64,000 bases of DNA, taken from contig CAYHAA010000010.1 of NCBI GenBank assembly GCA_964354495.1, positions 40,522 through 104,521 on the forward strand, given 5' to 3'. Of the stretch, positions 41,280 to 50,640 are shown piece after piece. The position numbers and the translations under genes are program-made. Position 1 is the stretch's first letter. Each line of letters begins with the position of its first letter. Origin of the DNA: an uncultured archaeon. GTDB lineage: Archaea > Asgardarchaeota > Thorarchaeia > Thorarchaeales > Thorarchaeaceae. Under the pieces are notes generated by a model. It worked only from the letters and a program-made list of their open reading frames with translations. It had not been told where the DNA came from and made no database searches.

Positions 41280-41867
41280 TTAGGCTCTTCGGCGGTATAT
41301 TATATAAAGTACTGGTAGAATCACAGCCACAATGGTCACCGAGATTATGATTGAGATTTGAAGCGGAATGTCGGCTGTGGTGTTTGTTGAGCCCTGCCTG
41401 CAGAATGATATTCGATGCAAGCTGGATGTATTCCAGTTGTTGAGGCTATCATTTGCATAGAACATGATATCCCAGATAACTAAAGAGTTTGCTCCAATAA
41501 TCGTGAAATTCAGAGGCCAAGCTACAAAGTCGTCTGGATCACTTGTAAAAGCATCTCGACTCATAGAAACATTGTTCCAGTTGCTACTCGAATTGTTATT
41601 GTAACTTCCAATAACATTACTCACTCCATCGGGGTCTGTTACTCCAACTCTGAGTTCAAGGGTCAAGGTCACAGGTTCGGTGCTAGGAACAAGATCCATG
41701 AACACCCATGGAGTGAGTTTGAACGAAGGACCTGAAGACTGACATACCTGAAACGAGGATGACAGAGATGACTGATTGCTCACAGCTGCCCCTCCTGCAT
41801 TTGGCATCAGTGATGTCAGTGCAACTAGAATCAAAACAGCGTATCTAAAAGTCATTATCATCTTCAT
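41280..41867 (-). CDS. secreted Ser/Asn-rich protein with C-terminal transmembrane anchor, hypothetical
   Basis: Signal peptide (AVLILVALTSLMPNAGGAA), many N-x-S/T sequons, and a C-terminal hydrophobic helix followed by RRRA. Confidence 0.5.
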   Translation of the reverse strand: MKMIMTFRYAVLILVALTSLMPNAGGAAVSNQSSLSSSFQVCQSSGPSFKLTPWVFMDLVPSTEPVTLTLELRVGVTDPDGVSNVIGSYNNNSSSNWNNVSMSRDAFTSDPDDFVAWPLNFTIIGANSLVIWDIMFYANDSLNNWNTSSLHRISFCRQGSTNTTADIPLQISIIISVTIVAVILPVLYIIYRRRA

Positions 41868-41955
41868 GTTTCTCCCTTAATGTACGTCCTAAGCTATCTC
41901 TACACCTTTCATTATCATTTCTATATACGAGTTCTTTTTTCTTGCCTCCAATTTG

Positions 41956-43596
41956 TCACCAATAGCTCCGAGCATATGCCAAATACTGGTCCCAACTGCT
42001 ACAATGATAATAATGATATGAGAGGTCACGCTCCGATCCATATATATCAGGTACGCCACCTGAACTTTCGGCCATTCCTTCAACATGACCATACTCATGC
42101 ATTAAAATCCATTGTCTATAATTCTGAAGATAATACGAGGCTTCATCGCCTATTGCAAATCCAAAGCCCCATATTCCAAATCCCCAAATGTTGCTAGGAT
42201 CTATGTAATGAGCAAATAAACCATATACCCATCTGGTCTGTCCGATATGATTGAAATACATATCGCGATAGTTGGATTCGTACTCGTCCCCGTTAATGTC
42301 ATATTCAAAAGGAACGCTCGAACTCTGAACAAATGTCACTCTTCTGTAGTCATGGACTATCCAATATGCTTGGAGATAATCAAAGATAGAAACAGGTTGC
42401 TGATGATTATAGCTGGTTCCTCCATGAACTCCAACCATCCAATCAACTTCGACGTTCCTATAATAGTAATTGATCCACCAGTGCGTCAAAGCCTTTGGAT
42501 TCGTCCCGTAATTGCCATAGTACAGAACAAACTTGATTTCATGCATACCAGGTGTTGAATAACTTGGCAATTGAATATGATAGGTACCAGGAGCAGTAAG
42601 TGTGCTGTGAAGCTGACCGTCTACATAGACGTATAAGTATCTGTAAAACGGATCATGAACATTGACGCATTGTATGTCTAGGTATGTGCTAGGACCCATC
42701 GGTGTGCGGTATCTGAGTTCCGAATAGAGCGCGTTTTGAAAGTTCTCTTCTGTCGTATCATAAGGTTGACCCGAAGAATCAAAGAGGTGGTAATATCTGA
42801 GCTGCCATCCTTTATCGGATATACCTCCATTGTAGATTTCAAGTGTTATTGTCAACCATCCAGTGTAGATTAATGATATATCACCTTCCCAGTAGGGTTG
42901 TGTGCTATAGATTACTGTATTTAGTATCTGAACATATCCCACATACACCCGAAAGTATCTAGAGTAGGTATCTAGATCTCTCTCCACTCTTATGTGTGCC
43001 TTCATCCCGGACTGAATATATGCTTGATATGAGATCCTTGCATATGTGGACTTTGGAAACCAGTGCCCCTCCATTGCAGGAGTCACAGGTACTGCGCGCG
43101 TATTTCTATCATGAGGACCGAATTCCGAGCCCCAAGTATGTCCAGTGAAGTAACCACTGACAAGTGGAGTTGACTCTTTTTCTGATTCTATTATTATTTC
43201 TTGAGATACATTCATTGCTTCAGGTATACAATCAGCGGAAACAAATGGAGGCATTTGATTAATTCTCTCAATCTCTGGAGAGATTGAAGCATTCATCATT
43301 TGAACTTCCTCAAGTGTTGGGATTTTTGTTCCGAAATCCGTTTCTAGATAATTCAGGGTCGTAGGATCTCTCTCAGAGGTAGTTACCATATTGTTCCAAG
43401 GGATATCTGCATTCTGCGTAGTCATGGGACTTTCGGAAAACGCAGCTATTGCCAAAGCTCCCGGAATCTGATTGATAGTGCATACTAGCACCACAATCAC
43501 AACAATCCTGATTGCAGAAAGAAAACGATCCTTTTTGAAACTCCATTTACCAGTCTTGAAATTCATACCACATACTTCCTCAATCAATCGTTCCAT
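41956..43596 (-). CDS. membrane-anchored secreted protein with C-terminal HEXXH zincin-like motif (putative metallopeptidase)
   Basis: N-terminal signal anchor and a Tyr/Trp-rich body. C-terminal ILMHEYGHVEG. Confidence 0.45.
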   Translation of the reverse strand: MERLIEEVCGMNFKTGKWSFKKDRFLSAIRIVVIVVLVCTINQIPGALAIAAFSESPMTTQNADIPWNNMVTTSERDPTTLNYLETDFGTKIPTLEEVQMMNASISPEIERINQMPPFVSADCIPEAMNVSQEIIIESEKESTPLVSGYFTGHTWGSEFGPHDRNTRAVPVTPAMEGHWFPKSTYARISYQAYIQSGMKAHIRVERDLDTYSRYFRVYVGYVQILNTVIYSTQPYWEGDISLIYTGWLTITLEIYNGGISDKGWQLRYYHLFDSSGQPYDTTEENFQNALYSELRYRTPMGPSTYLDIQCVNVHDPFYRYLYVYVDGQLHSTLTAPGTYHIQLPSYSTPGMHEIKFVLYYGNYGTNPKALTHWWINYYYRNVEVDWMVGVHGGTSYNHQQPVSIFDYLQAYWIVHDYRRVTFVQSSSVPFEYDINGDEYESNYRDMYFNHIGQTRWVYGLFAHYIDPSNIWGFGIWGFGFAIGDEASYYLQNYRQWILMHEYGHVEGMAESSGGVPDIYGSERDLSYHYYHCSSWDQYLAYARSYW

Positions 43597-43723
43597 ACGC
43601 GGTAATCAGTTATTAGCCTTCGGTTTGTTGAAATGATCCGAAAATCATATCACCGGACTCACGTGATTGAGGACTCTTTCCAGTCCCATTTGATGCAACG
43701 ATATTAGACCCTCTCAGGAGCAT

Positions 43724-43960
43724 CTAGAACTTGGTCCTTGGCATTGCATCCTTGAGCAGCTCCACGCGCTCCCAAGGGTCTTCATCCAAGAAACGCATCA
43801 TACTGTCAAAGGTCGCACCGCCCCACATCTCAAGGGAATGGTACCCAACATTGTCAATCTTCTCGCATATGGGTAGCATGTCTTCAGTTCGCATTCGTGT
43901 GGCAATGAGAGACTGATGTGCGTCTCGCAATGTTGTATCGGTAATCAGAAGCTTTGCCAT
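43724..43960 (-). pseudogene. 5' fragment (78 codons plus about 45 bp of upstream region) of a second pycB/oadA-like carboxyltransferase gene
   Basis: Translation [78 protein letters not shown] is nearly identical to the N-terminus of the 39191-40777 gene. DNA is about 85% identical over roughly 280 bp, including the upstream GGTATTTAGTC(A/G)TTCTGTTA element. Confidence 0.7.
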
Positions 43961-44157
43961 TGCTGACCAAATCAGTAGGTAGTTGATGGGTATTTAGTCA
44001 TTCTGTTATTGCGCTGCACATTCCATTCGTCCTCAGTCAGCGCCTCGATGTCTCATCCATTGACCGCGAAGGCAGATTATAGCCAGAGAATAAGACTTGG
44101 AGGCAGCCACCAGACTCTCCTCTCAGGACTGGTGAAGCGTAGCCCAGATGTGGTGAG

Positions 44158-44700
44158 TCACTTACTTTGTTTCTTGACCCACCTCTCAATGATATCTGCG
44201 GCTACATCGTCAACAGCGGTCATTCTTACCACAACTCCGGTGACACTGTCAGTGACAAAGATGTTGTAGTAGTGTCTGCGACTGCTCTTTTGAGCCCATA
44301 CGGTCTTCAAATACTGCTCAGGCGCCAACCGCTTCAGATTCGACCTAAGTATCTCTTTCTTTATGGACTTGCCCTGTACTTCAATCAGTCGCTCCGAGGT
44401 GAGATAGTACATGGTCCGTTTCATCTGGACAAACAAGTAGATCACATAGAGAAGAAGTACAAAGAATGCAATCACCGCGATTATGTCGAAGATAACAACG
44501 ATGAGTAGAAGGCCGGCAGGTGAACCTTGAGCAAGATTGCCCAATACTGCTGCAACCACGACTAGAAGCAACATCGGGAAACAGCCATTGCGCATGAGAA
44601 TCATGATGCCAATTCCTGCTCTCTGACTCCACTCGATGGTCTCGCCATCATTCAGCCCTTGAACTGGTGAGTCGGGTGTTGCGACATCGTTACGCGGCAT
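44158..44700 (-). CDS. membrane protein with two transmembrane helices and a C-terminal bacterial-PH-like domain, hypothetical
   Basis: Two hydrophobic helices, then a soluble roughly 80-aa domain (YYLTSERLIEVQGKSIKKE...) reminiscent of the bPH_2/YdbS family. This call is weak. Confidence 0.35.
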   Translation of the reverse strand: MPRNDVATPDSPVQGLNDGETIEWSQRAGIGIMILMRNGCFPMLLLVVVAAVLGNLAQGSPAGLLLIVVIFDIIAVIAFFVLLLYVIYLFVQMKRTMYYLTSERLIEVQGKSIKKEILRSNLKRLAPEQYLKTVWAQKSSRRHYYNIFVTDSVTGVVVRMTAVDDVAADIIERWVKKQSK

Positions 44701-44912
44701 ACTACGATTCCCATGTCACAGCATCTAGGCGGGTATTTGAAGATTATCACGGAGAATAGCATGTGAGAGGTGGTGATCATGGCACAGGCATGAGTCTTAA
44801 GATGATCTCCGGAACGAGCTATCAGAGAAACCAACAAAGCATTTAACGGACCAAGTCAAGGAGGCAGGAATAGGACAACTCCGCAGAGAATGACGGACGA
44901 AAGGCGAGGATC

Positions 44913-45584
44913 ATGAGAAGAAGGTCGATGTGCCTGCTATTTGTGCTTCTACTGGTCACTGCTTCGATTATCGGTGGCCTCTACGTGTTACTCACCCAAA
45001 CAGAGCTAGTTGAGTATGATGAAACGGTGGTCATTTACGAGGACACCTATCCTGCTGCGGAGAATATCTCGATCTATTACGATGTTTGCTTCCACAACGT
45101 CACATTCAACGTGGTTGACGACCCTGGATTCATGATTAGAGTCAACTGGAAGCTCACTGTCCTAGTCGAAGGAGCAAAGGGAAAGAATACAGGTCTTCAA
45201 GTGACTAATACCTCATCGGATGAGTTTGTGTACATTCAGATACTGAAAGAGAACCCCAGTGATGTATGTGCACTGAATGCAGGAGATGCGCGAGCGTTCG
45301 TGAATGTCACGATCAACAGGGCATATACGATTGATATTGAGGCGTCGGCAGGACATGGCAATATCAATATGACTGCAAGTAATGCAACGTTCCAGAACGT
45401 GTACTTCCATCATGGAATCAACTGCCCAGGCAACAATGGAATCAACATGACGGATTCAACGGTATATGGCGACCTTACCTGTCAGGTCTCGACAGGATAC
45501 TACTGGGTGAGGCTTGAGAATGTTGATATCGGAGGCACATTGTCATGTGCGCCAGTGGAACGTGGAACACTGATTGTACTCTGA
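44913..45584 (+). CDS. secreted hypothetical protein
   Basis: Signal peptide (CLLFVLLLVTASIIGG), Asn/Thr-rich body, several N-x-T sequons. Confidence 0.5.
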   Translation: MRRRSMCLLFVLLLVTASIIGGLYVLLTQTELVEYDETVVIYEDTYPAAENISIYYDVCFHNVTFNVVDDPGFMIRVNWKLTVLVEGAKGKNTGLQVTNTSSDEFVYIQILKENPSDVCALNAGDARAFVNVTINRAYTIDIEASAGHGNINMTASNATFQNVYFHHGINCPGNNGINMTDSTVYGDLTCQVSTGYYWVRLENVDIGGTLSCAPVERGTLIVL

Positions 45585-45667
45585 GATGAGCTTCACGAAC
45601 CTGAATTTTCCTCCTGGCCAGTCTCCCGACGTACTCCGCAAGTCTTTTCACATCGTTAGACACAGGA

Positions 45668-47131
45668 ATGTCGTGTGACAGCCTCATGACGGATTCCAGC
45701 ATGTCGACCTATCCAGATGTCGGAGAGATTTACAGAAGACTCGACGCCCTGATGCAATTGCCCGTTCACGGGATCAGACCGGACGCGATGACAAAATACC
45801 TGAAATACTTCGACACTCATTGTACGAAGTCGAAGGAGATTGTCACAAAGGCCCGGGAGTTCATACCCGGCGGCGTCCAGCACAACCTGGCATTCAATCA
45901 CCCATTTCCCATCGTGATAGAGAAGGCAGATGGGGCGTATCTGTGGGATATCGACGGCAACAGATACATCGACTTCCTTCAGGCTGGCGGTCCCACCATG
46001 CTGGGCAGTAACTACAAACCCGTGCGTGACAAGATTATCGAGCTCATCAATGAGCAGGCACCGGTGACCGGTCTGTTCTCAGAGTACGAGCTCCTGCTTG
46101 CAGAGGAAATCAACAGGCACGTGCCCTCAGTCGAGTTGTTCCGTATGCTGGGAAGTGGAACTGAGGCAGTGATGGCTGCGGCCCGCGTTGCTCGTCTGGC
46201 AAGCAAACGAAAGAAAGTGATCAAGCTCGGAGGTGCATACCATGGTTGGAGTGACCAGATGGTCTACGGACTCCATATTCCTGGCACACGCGGGTTCGAG
46301 GCTCACGGCATTCCCAAGAGCTACAGGAAGCACACTCAGGAGGTCTATCCAAACAGCATTAGCGCTCTGAAGAAGAATCTCTCTGTGAACAAGCTGAAAG
46401 GAGGAACAGCTGCAGTCATCATCGAGCCGATGGGGCCAGAATCCGGTACTCGTCCGGTAGACCGTGAGTACAACAAGCAGGTCCGAGAACTATGCGACCA
46501 GCATGATGTCTTTCTCATATTCGACGAGGTAGTGACATTCGGAAGGATTGGACTATCTGGTGCCCAGGGCTACTTCGGTATCAAACCCGACTTGACCGTC
46601 TTTGGAAAGGTGGTGGCAGGCGGATATCCCGGTGCAGGTGGGCTGGGAGGAAGGAGAGATATCATGGAACACCTCGCAGCCGGAATAGAGAGCGGAAAGA
46701 AGAGGGCCTATGTTGGAGGCACACTGGCAGCAAGTCCAATCAGTTCAGCGGCTGGATACTACGCCATTCAGGAGATTGAGAGGACGAATGCCTGCCAGAA
46801 GGCAGGACGTGCAGGCGACCGTATGACTGTTGGTCTTGAGAAGCTCATCGAAGAGCGGAACCTGCCCTATGTGGCGTACAATCAGGGTGCGATATGTCAC
46901 CTTGAAACTGTTGGAGCGATGTTTGTGAAATTGAATTATCTGAAAATCCGCTCTGTGCTCAAGGAGATTAAAGAGAGGAAGTTCGCAATGGAGGAGATGG
47001 GCGCGGCCTACATGGCGGAGGGTGTCATAACGCTCGGAGGCTCAAGAATGTACACCAGCATGGCTGACACTGACGAGGTCGTGGACGATGCTTTGACTCG
47101 GTTCGCACGAGTCTTCGACACTGCGAAATAA
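45668..47131 (+). CDS. class-III aminotransferase, glutamate-1-semialdehyde 2,1-aminomutase family
   Basis: FDEVVTFGRIGLSGAQGYFGIKPDLTVFGKVVAGGYP matches the HemL-type motif and carries the PLP Lys. Confidence 0.8.
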   Translation: MSCDSLMTDSSMSTYPDVGEIYRRLDALMQLPVHGIRPDAMTKYLKYFDTHCTKSKEIVTKAREFIPGGVQHNLAFNHPFPIVIEKADGAYLWDIDGNRYIDFLQAGGPTMLGSNYKPVRDKIIELINEQAPVTGLFSEYELLLAEEINRHVPSVELFRMLGSGTEAVMAAARVARLASKRKKVIKLGGAYHGWSDQMVYGLHIPGTRGFEAHGIPKSYRKHTQEVYPNSISALKKNLSVNKLKGGTAAVIIEPMGPESGTRPVDREYNKQVRELCDQHDVFLIFDEVVTFGRIGLSGAQGYFGIKPDLTVFGKVVAGGYPGAGGLGGRRDIMEHLAAGIESGKKRAYVGGTLAASPISSAAGYYAIQEIERTNACQKAGRAGDRMTVGLEKLIEERNLPYVAYNQGAICHLETVGAMFVKLNYLKIRSVLKEIKERKFAMEEMGAAYMAEGVITLGGSRMYTSMADTDEVVDDALTRFARVFDTAK

Positions 47132-47260
47132 CGTGAGGGAATCAGTGCAGTAGATGTAGACCAAGCAGGGCGACTGGTCTGCGATGAGGGAAAAGATTCA
47201 GCCCAAGTATCAGGTAGAATATGCCAAGATACTATCACAAAACAAGAGTGGACGGTTTCT

Positions 47261-47728
47261 CTATCTCATTGTTCCAGCATTCACTGATTTCGACCAGATA
47301 ATCTCAGGATGAGAATCATCTGTGAATGATTGAAACTTATCATATGTCACAAGATGCATCCTGAGGCTGTCAATGCATGCTTTCAGTTTGGATTCGCTGT
47401 CAGGATGACCTAGACTGAATGAGTTGGGTTCTAGAGGGCGACCATGCTTGAATGCAGTGTAGAAACACGCTTCAATTCCTTTTGCCCCGAGGCTGTGGGC
47501 CCGTTGACCGACAGTCATAATGAGATCGAGATCTTCCTGAGTTTCAATCGCCATATAGTATGCAGGGCGAAGTGGATGCGATCTGTCGGTGAACTTGACG
47601 ATGCGAGAACCCTCAGGAAATTCAGCCCCTAAGCAGCTGTTGCATCTCCACTTGCCGCCCTCACTGGACAGGTCATAGACATACTGCAGGTTTTCAGTGG
47701 ATCCACATACACCACATTGATTGGTCAT
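47261..47728 (-). CDS. hypothetical protein with N-terminal zinc ribbon (CGVCGS...CNSC)
   Basis: Consistent ORF. I recognise no family. Confidence 0.4.
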   Translation of the reverse strand: MTNQCGVCGSTENLQYVYDLSSEGGKWRCNSCLGAEFPEGSRIVKFTDRSHPLRPAYYMAIETQEDLDLIMTVGQRAHSLGAKGIEACFYTAFKHGRPLEPNSFSLGHPDSESKLKACIDSLRMHLVTYDKFQSFTDDSHPEIIWSKSVNAGTMR

Positions 47729-47964
47729 ATCATCGTCCCACTGTCTTCTTTAACAGGAGAAAGGAAAGAAACCAAAGAACAAGAGTTGTTATGTTCTCTG
47801 CGTGTTACAGACAAAACTGGGTGTTTGAGCTTCTTAGCCCAAATAGTTGGTGCAGAGATACAGACTGCCAAACGACTATGGACCATTGCCACTGTAGAAC
47901 CGCACTCAGAATTCGTCTGTGATGATACATACCTACTGAGAATCAAGACCGAGTATGATTTGTC

Positions 47965-48795
47965 TTACTTTGGACTACTGAGTCCCAATATCCTCCGCGT
48001 ATCGTCTGGCTTGGCCACTTCGCGACCCAGTGTTTCAGCCAAGCGCCGAATCCTGGCTACAAAATCCTGATTGGGAGCAAGCAGGCCCTTCGACAAGTAG
48101 ATGTTGTCTTCAAGCCCGACTCGGACATGCCCACCAATACTGACAGACAGACTTGTCATGTTGAGCTGGCATTTGCCAACTCCGGCCACTGTGAATATAG
48201 ATTGTTCTGGCAGTTGTCTGGTCATATGAATGAGATTCTCGGTCGTCCCTGGAATACCACCATCAACACCCATGACCAATTGGAATGCGGAGGGTTTCTC
48301 AATCAGCCCCTGCTGTAGCAGCTTGGTGCCCTGATGAATGAAACCAACGTCAAAAGCCTCCAGCTCTGGCTTGATCTTCAGCTGCTGCATCTTCGTGGCA
48401 AGGAATGTCACGGTTTCCCAGCTGTTGATGTACACACGCGAGGGTTTTCGTCCGGCGAAGTTCAACGAATTGGTGGTTAGACTCGCCATTTCGGGTTTTG
48501 CCCTGAGAGGCCAGGCGCGTTCCTCATCAGACTTCCCAGCTACACCGCTGGTCGAAACCATCACAACGAGACCTGTCCGTTTACGTATCTTGTCCACGGT
48601 CTCCTTGAAGAGATGAGAGTCGGACGTAGGTGCTTCACTCTCGTCACGACAGTGCACATGGACGATGGAGGCGCCTTCCTGCTCACAGAGATACGCTGCC
48701 TCCGCAATCTCATCCGGTGTAGTGGGGAGATATGGTGTGTCCTTCTTTGTAGGAACGGATCCTGTAGGCGCCACAGTGATTATCAGCTTCTCCAA
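47965..48795 (-). CDS. BKACE family enzyme (3-keto-5-aminohexanoate cleavage enzyme-like, DUF849)
   Basis: N-terminus MEKLIITVAPTGSVPTKKDTPYLPTTPDEIAEAAYLCEQEGASIVHVHCRD is the BKACE TIM-barrel signature. Confidence 0.75.
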   Translation of the reverse strand: MEKLIITVAPTGSVPTKKDTPYLPTTPDEIAEAAYLCEQEGASIVHVHCRDESEAPTSDSHLFKETVDKIRKRTGLVVMVSTSGVAGKSDEERAWPLRAKPEMASLTTNSLNFAGRKPSRVYINSWETVTFLATKMQQLKIKPELEAFDVGFIHQGTKLLQQGLIEKPSAFQLVMGVDGGIPGTTENLIHMTRQLPEQSIFTVAGVGKCQLNMTSLSVSIGGHVRVGLEDNIYLSKGLLAPNQDFVARIRRLAETLGREVAKPDDTRRILGLSSPK

Positions 48796-48966
48796 CGATG
48801 AGCCTCCTCAGATACAAGGCAATACTAGAGGGCGGTATGAGGAATACTTGTATCTTAACTTACTGATTCTACACAGTGACTAAATGCCATGAGAAAGTTT
48901 CTATGGGACTCGTATCTTGATTATGGGGTAACATGCGTGAAACCCGGAGAGTGAGAAGGTGGTAGT

Positions 48967-50256
48967 ATGCTCCTAGCAACGGTCAGCAAGAAGACGAAGC
49001 ACTCAGCAACGTTAGCCATGAACGAAATGGTGACGCAACTTCGAAAGAGCGGAAAAGAAGTGTACCACCTGGGTTTTGGCGAATCACCGTTTCCAATTCA
49101 TCCCATCATCCAGAAGGCGTTGCGTGACAACGCAGACCAGAGGAGCTATCTCCCCACTCAGGGTATCCTACCCCTTCGCGAGCAGATCTGTAAGTTCTAT
49201 GAGAAGATGTTTGGATTGTATATTGCACCAGAACAGATCATTGTAGGACCGGGGAGCAAGATACTACTCTATAATGCAATGATGGCACTTCAAGGACCAC
49301 TCTTCGTCCCTACTCCCTCGTGGGTGAGTTATGATGAGCAAGCCCGGCTCTTGGGCAAGGAGGTATACTATGTCAGCACGAGCTCAGACACGTCGTATTT
49401 GATGACTGCGGAGGTCTTCGAAAATGCGCTTCGAAAGCACAGCTCTGGTTCCGAGAAGCAGCGACTGCTGGTCATAAACTATCCATGCAATCCAACTGGA
49501 CAGAGTTACTCCGCAGCACAACTGAAAGAGTTGGCTGATGTGGCACGACAAAATGACATCGTTGTCTTATCAGATGAGATCTATGCACTTCTGACATTTC
49601 AGAGCCATGAGCATCATAGCATTGCCGAGTATTATCCTGAGGGCACCTTGGTAACGGGAGGTCTCTCCAAGGACCGGTCAGCAGGAGGATTCCGGGTTGG
49701 TGTAATCATACTTCCACCACAGGAACATGAACTACGAAACGCCATGCTCACAATGGCAAGCAACATCTGGTCTTGTGTGGCTGCGCCCATACAGTATGCT
49801 GCTGTCGAGGCATACAGACCGAACCAAGAGATTTCAGACTATATCAGAGACTGTACCGCAGTCCATGAGATTGTGACAACACATCTTCATCAAAAGCTCA
49901 AGAGTTTCGACGTCAGGTGCCCTGCTCCTCAGGGAGCATTCTATCTATTTCCAGACTGGAATAAAGACCGCAAGATCTTAGCCGCCAAAGGGATCAAGAC
50001 ATCGATGAATCTCTCGAAATCACTTCTCCAGGATTGGGGTATCGCTACACTGCCAGGATCAGATTTTGGCATGTCCCCATCGGAACTCTGTATTCGAATC
50101 GCCACAGTCGACTATGACGGAGAGTTCGCTTTGAAACAGTACGTAGGAAACAGACAGAAGGCGAGGAGCAGTCCCGACTTGTTTGTCAACAAAGTGGCAC
50201 CGCGTCTAATCACAGCTATGGGCCGTCTTCAGAAATTCACAGAGTCATTCAGGTAA
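48967..50256 (+). CDS. class I/II PLP aminotransferase (aspartate/aromatic aminotransferase-like)
   Basis: GLSKDRSAGGFRVG (SxxK...GxR) motif and N/P/Y context. 429 aa. Confidence 0.8.
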   Translation: MLLATVSKKTKHSATLAMNEMVTQLRKSGKEVYHLGFGESPFPIHPIIQKALRDNADQRSYLPTQGILPLREQICKFYEKMFGLYIAPEQIIVGPGSKILLYNAMMALQGPLFVPTPSWVSYDEQARLLGKEVYYVSTSSDTSYLMTAEVFENALRKHSSGSEKQRLLVINYPCNPTGQSYSAAQLKELADVARQNDIVVLSDEIYALLTFQSHEHHSIAEYYPEGTLVTGGLSKDRSAGGFRVGVIILPPQEHELRNAMLTMASNIWSCVAAPIQYAAVEAYRPNQEISDYIRDCTAVHEIVTTHLHQKLKSFDVRCPAPQGAFYLFPDWNKDRKILAAKGIKTSMNLSKSLLQDWGIATLPGSDFGMSPSELCIRIATVDYDGEFALKQYVGNRQKARSSPDLFVNKVAPRLITAMGRLQKFTESFR

Positions 50257-50380
50257 GATCACTACGTAAAGTGAAACTTTCTCCAAGGCTATTTTCGAAT
50301 GCATGTGAAGGCCGAAGCATATGACTCAGCGAACAATTGACTTGGCGGCAACAACAAATGAAACTGAGTAGCGAGTAATC

Positions 50381-50497
50381 CTATCTCTTCTTACCTGTTC
50401 TTGCTTTCCTCTTTATGGGCGGTATCGGCCCGGCCATAGATCCTATGTTTCCGGGCTGATATGAATCATCAACTTGTTTCTTGCCACTCTTACTCAT
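50381..50497 (-). CDS. 38-aa Lys/Arg-rich small ORF preceded by a strong Shine-Dalgarno sequence
   Basis: CTAGGAGGCTGATTAATG places GGAGG 7 nt upstream of the ATG. Translation: MSKSGKKQVDDSYQPGNIGSMAGPIPPIKRKARTGKKR. The ORF is below the cutoff of the six-frame track. Confidence 0.3.
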   Translation of the reverse strand: MSKSGKKQVDDSYQPGNIGSMAGPIPPIKRKARTGKKR

Positions 50498-50640
50498 TAA
50501 TCAGCCTCCTAGTTCTTCGTCGTCCTTCCCTTTTGTTGATACTCCTCGGCATCCTCATAGGGAACAATAATAGGATTGTTCCCTTTGCTTTTTAGTTCAT
50601 CTATTCTATCATCGCTTGCTCAAAATCCAAGTCAAAAAAA

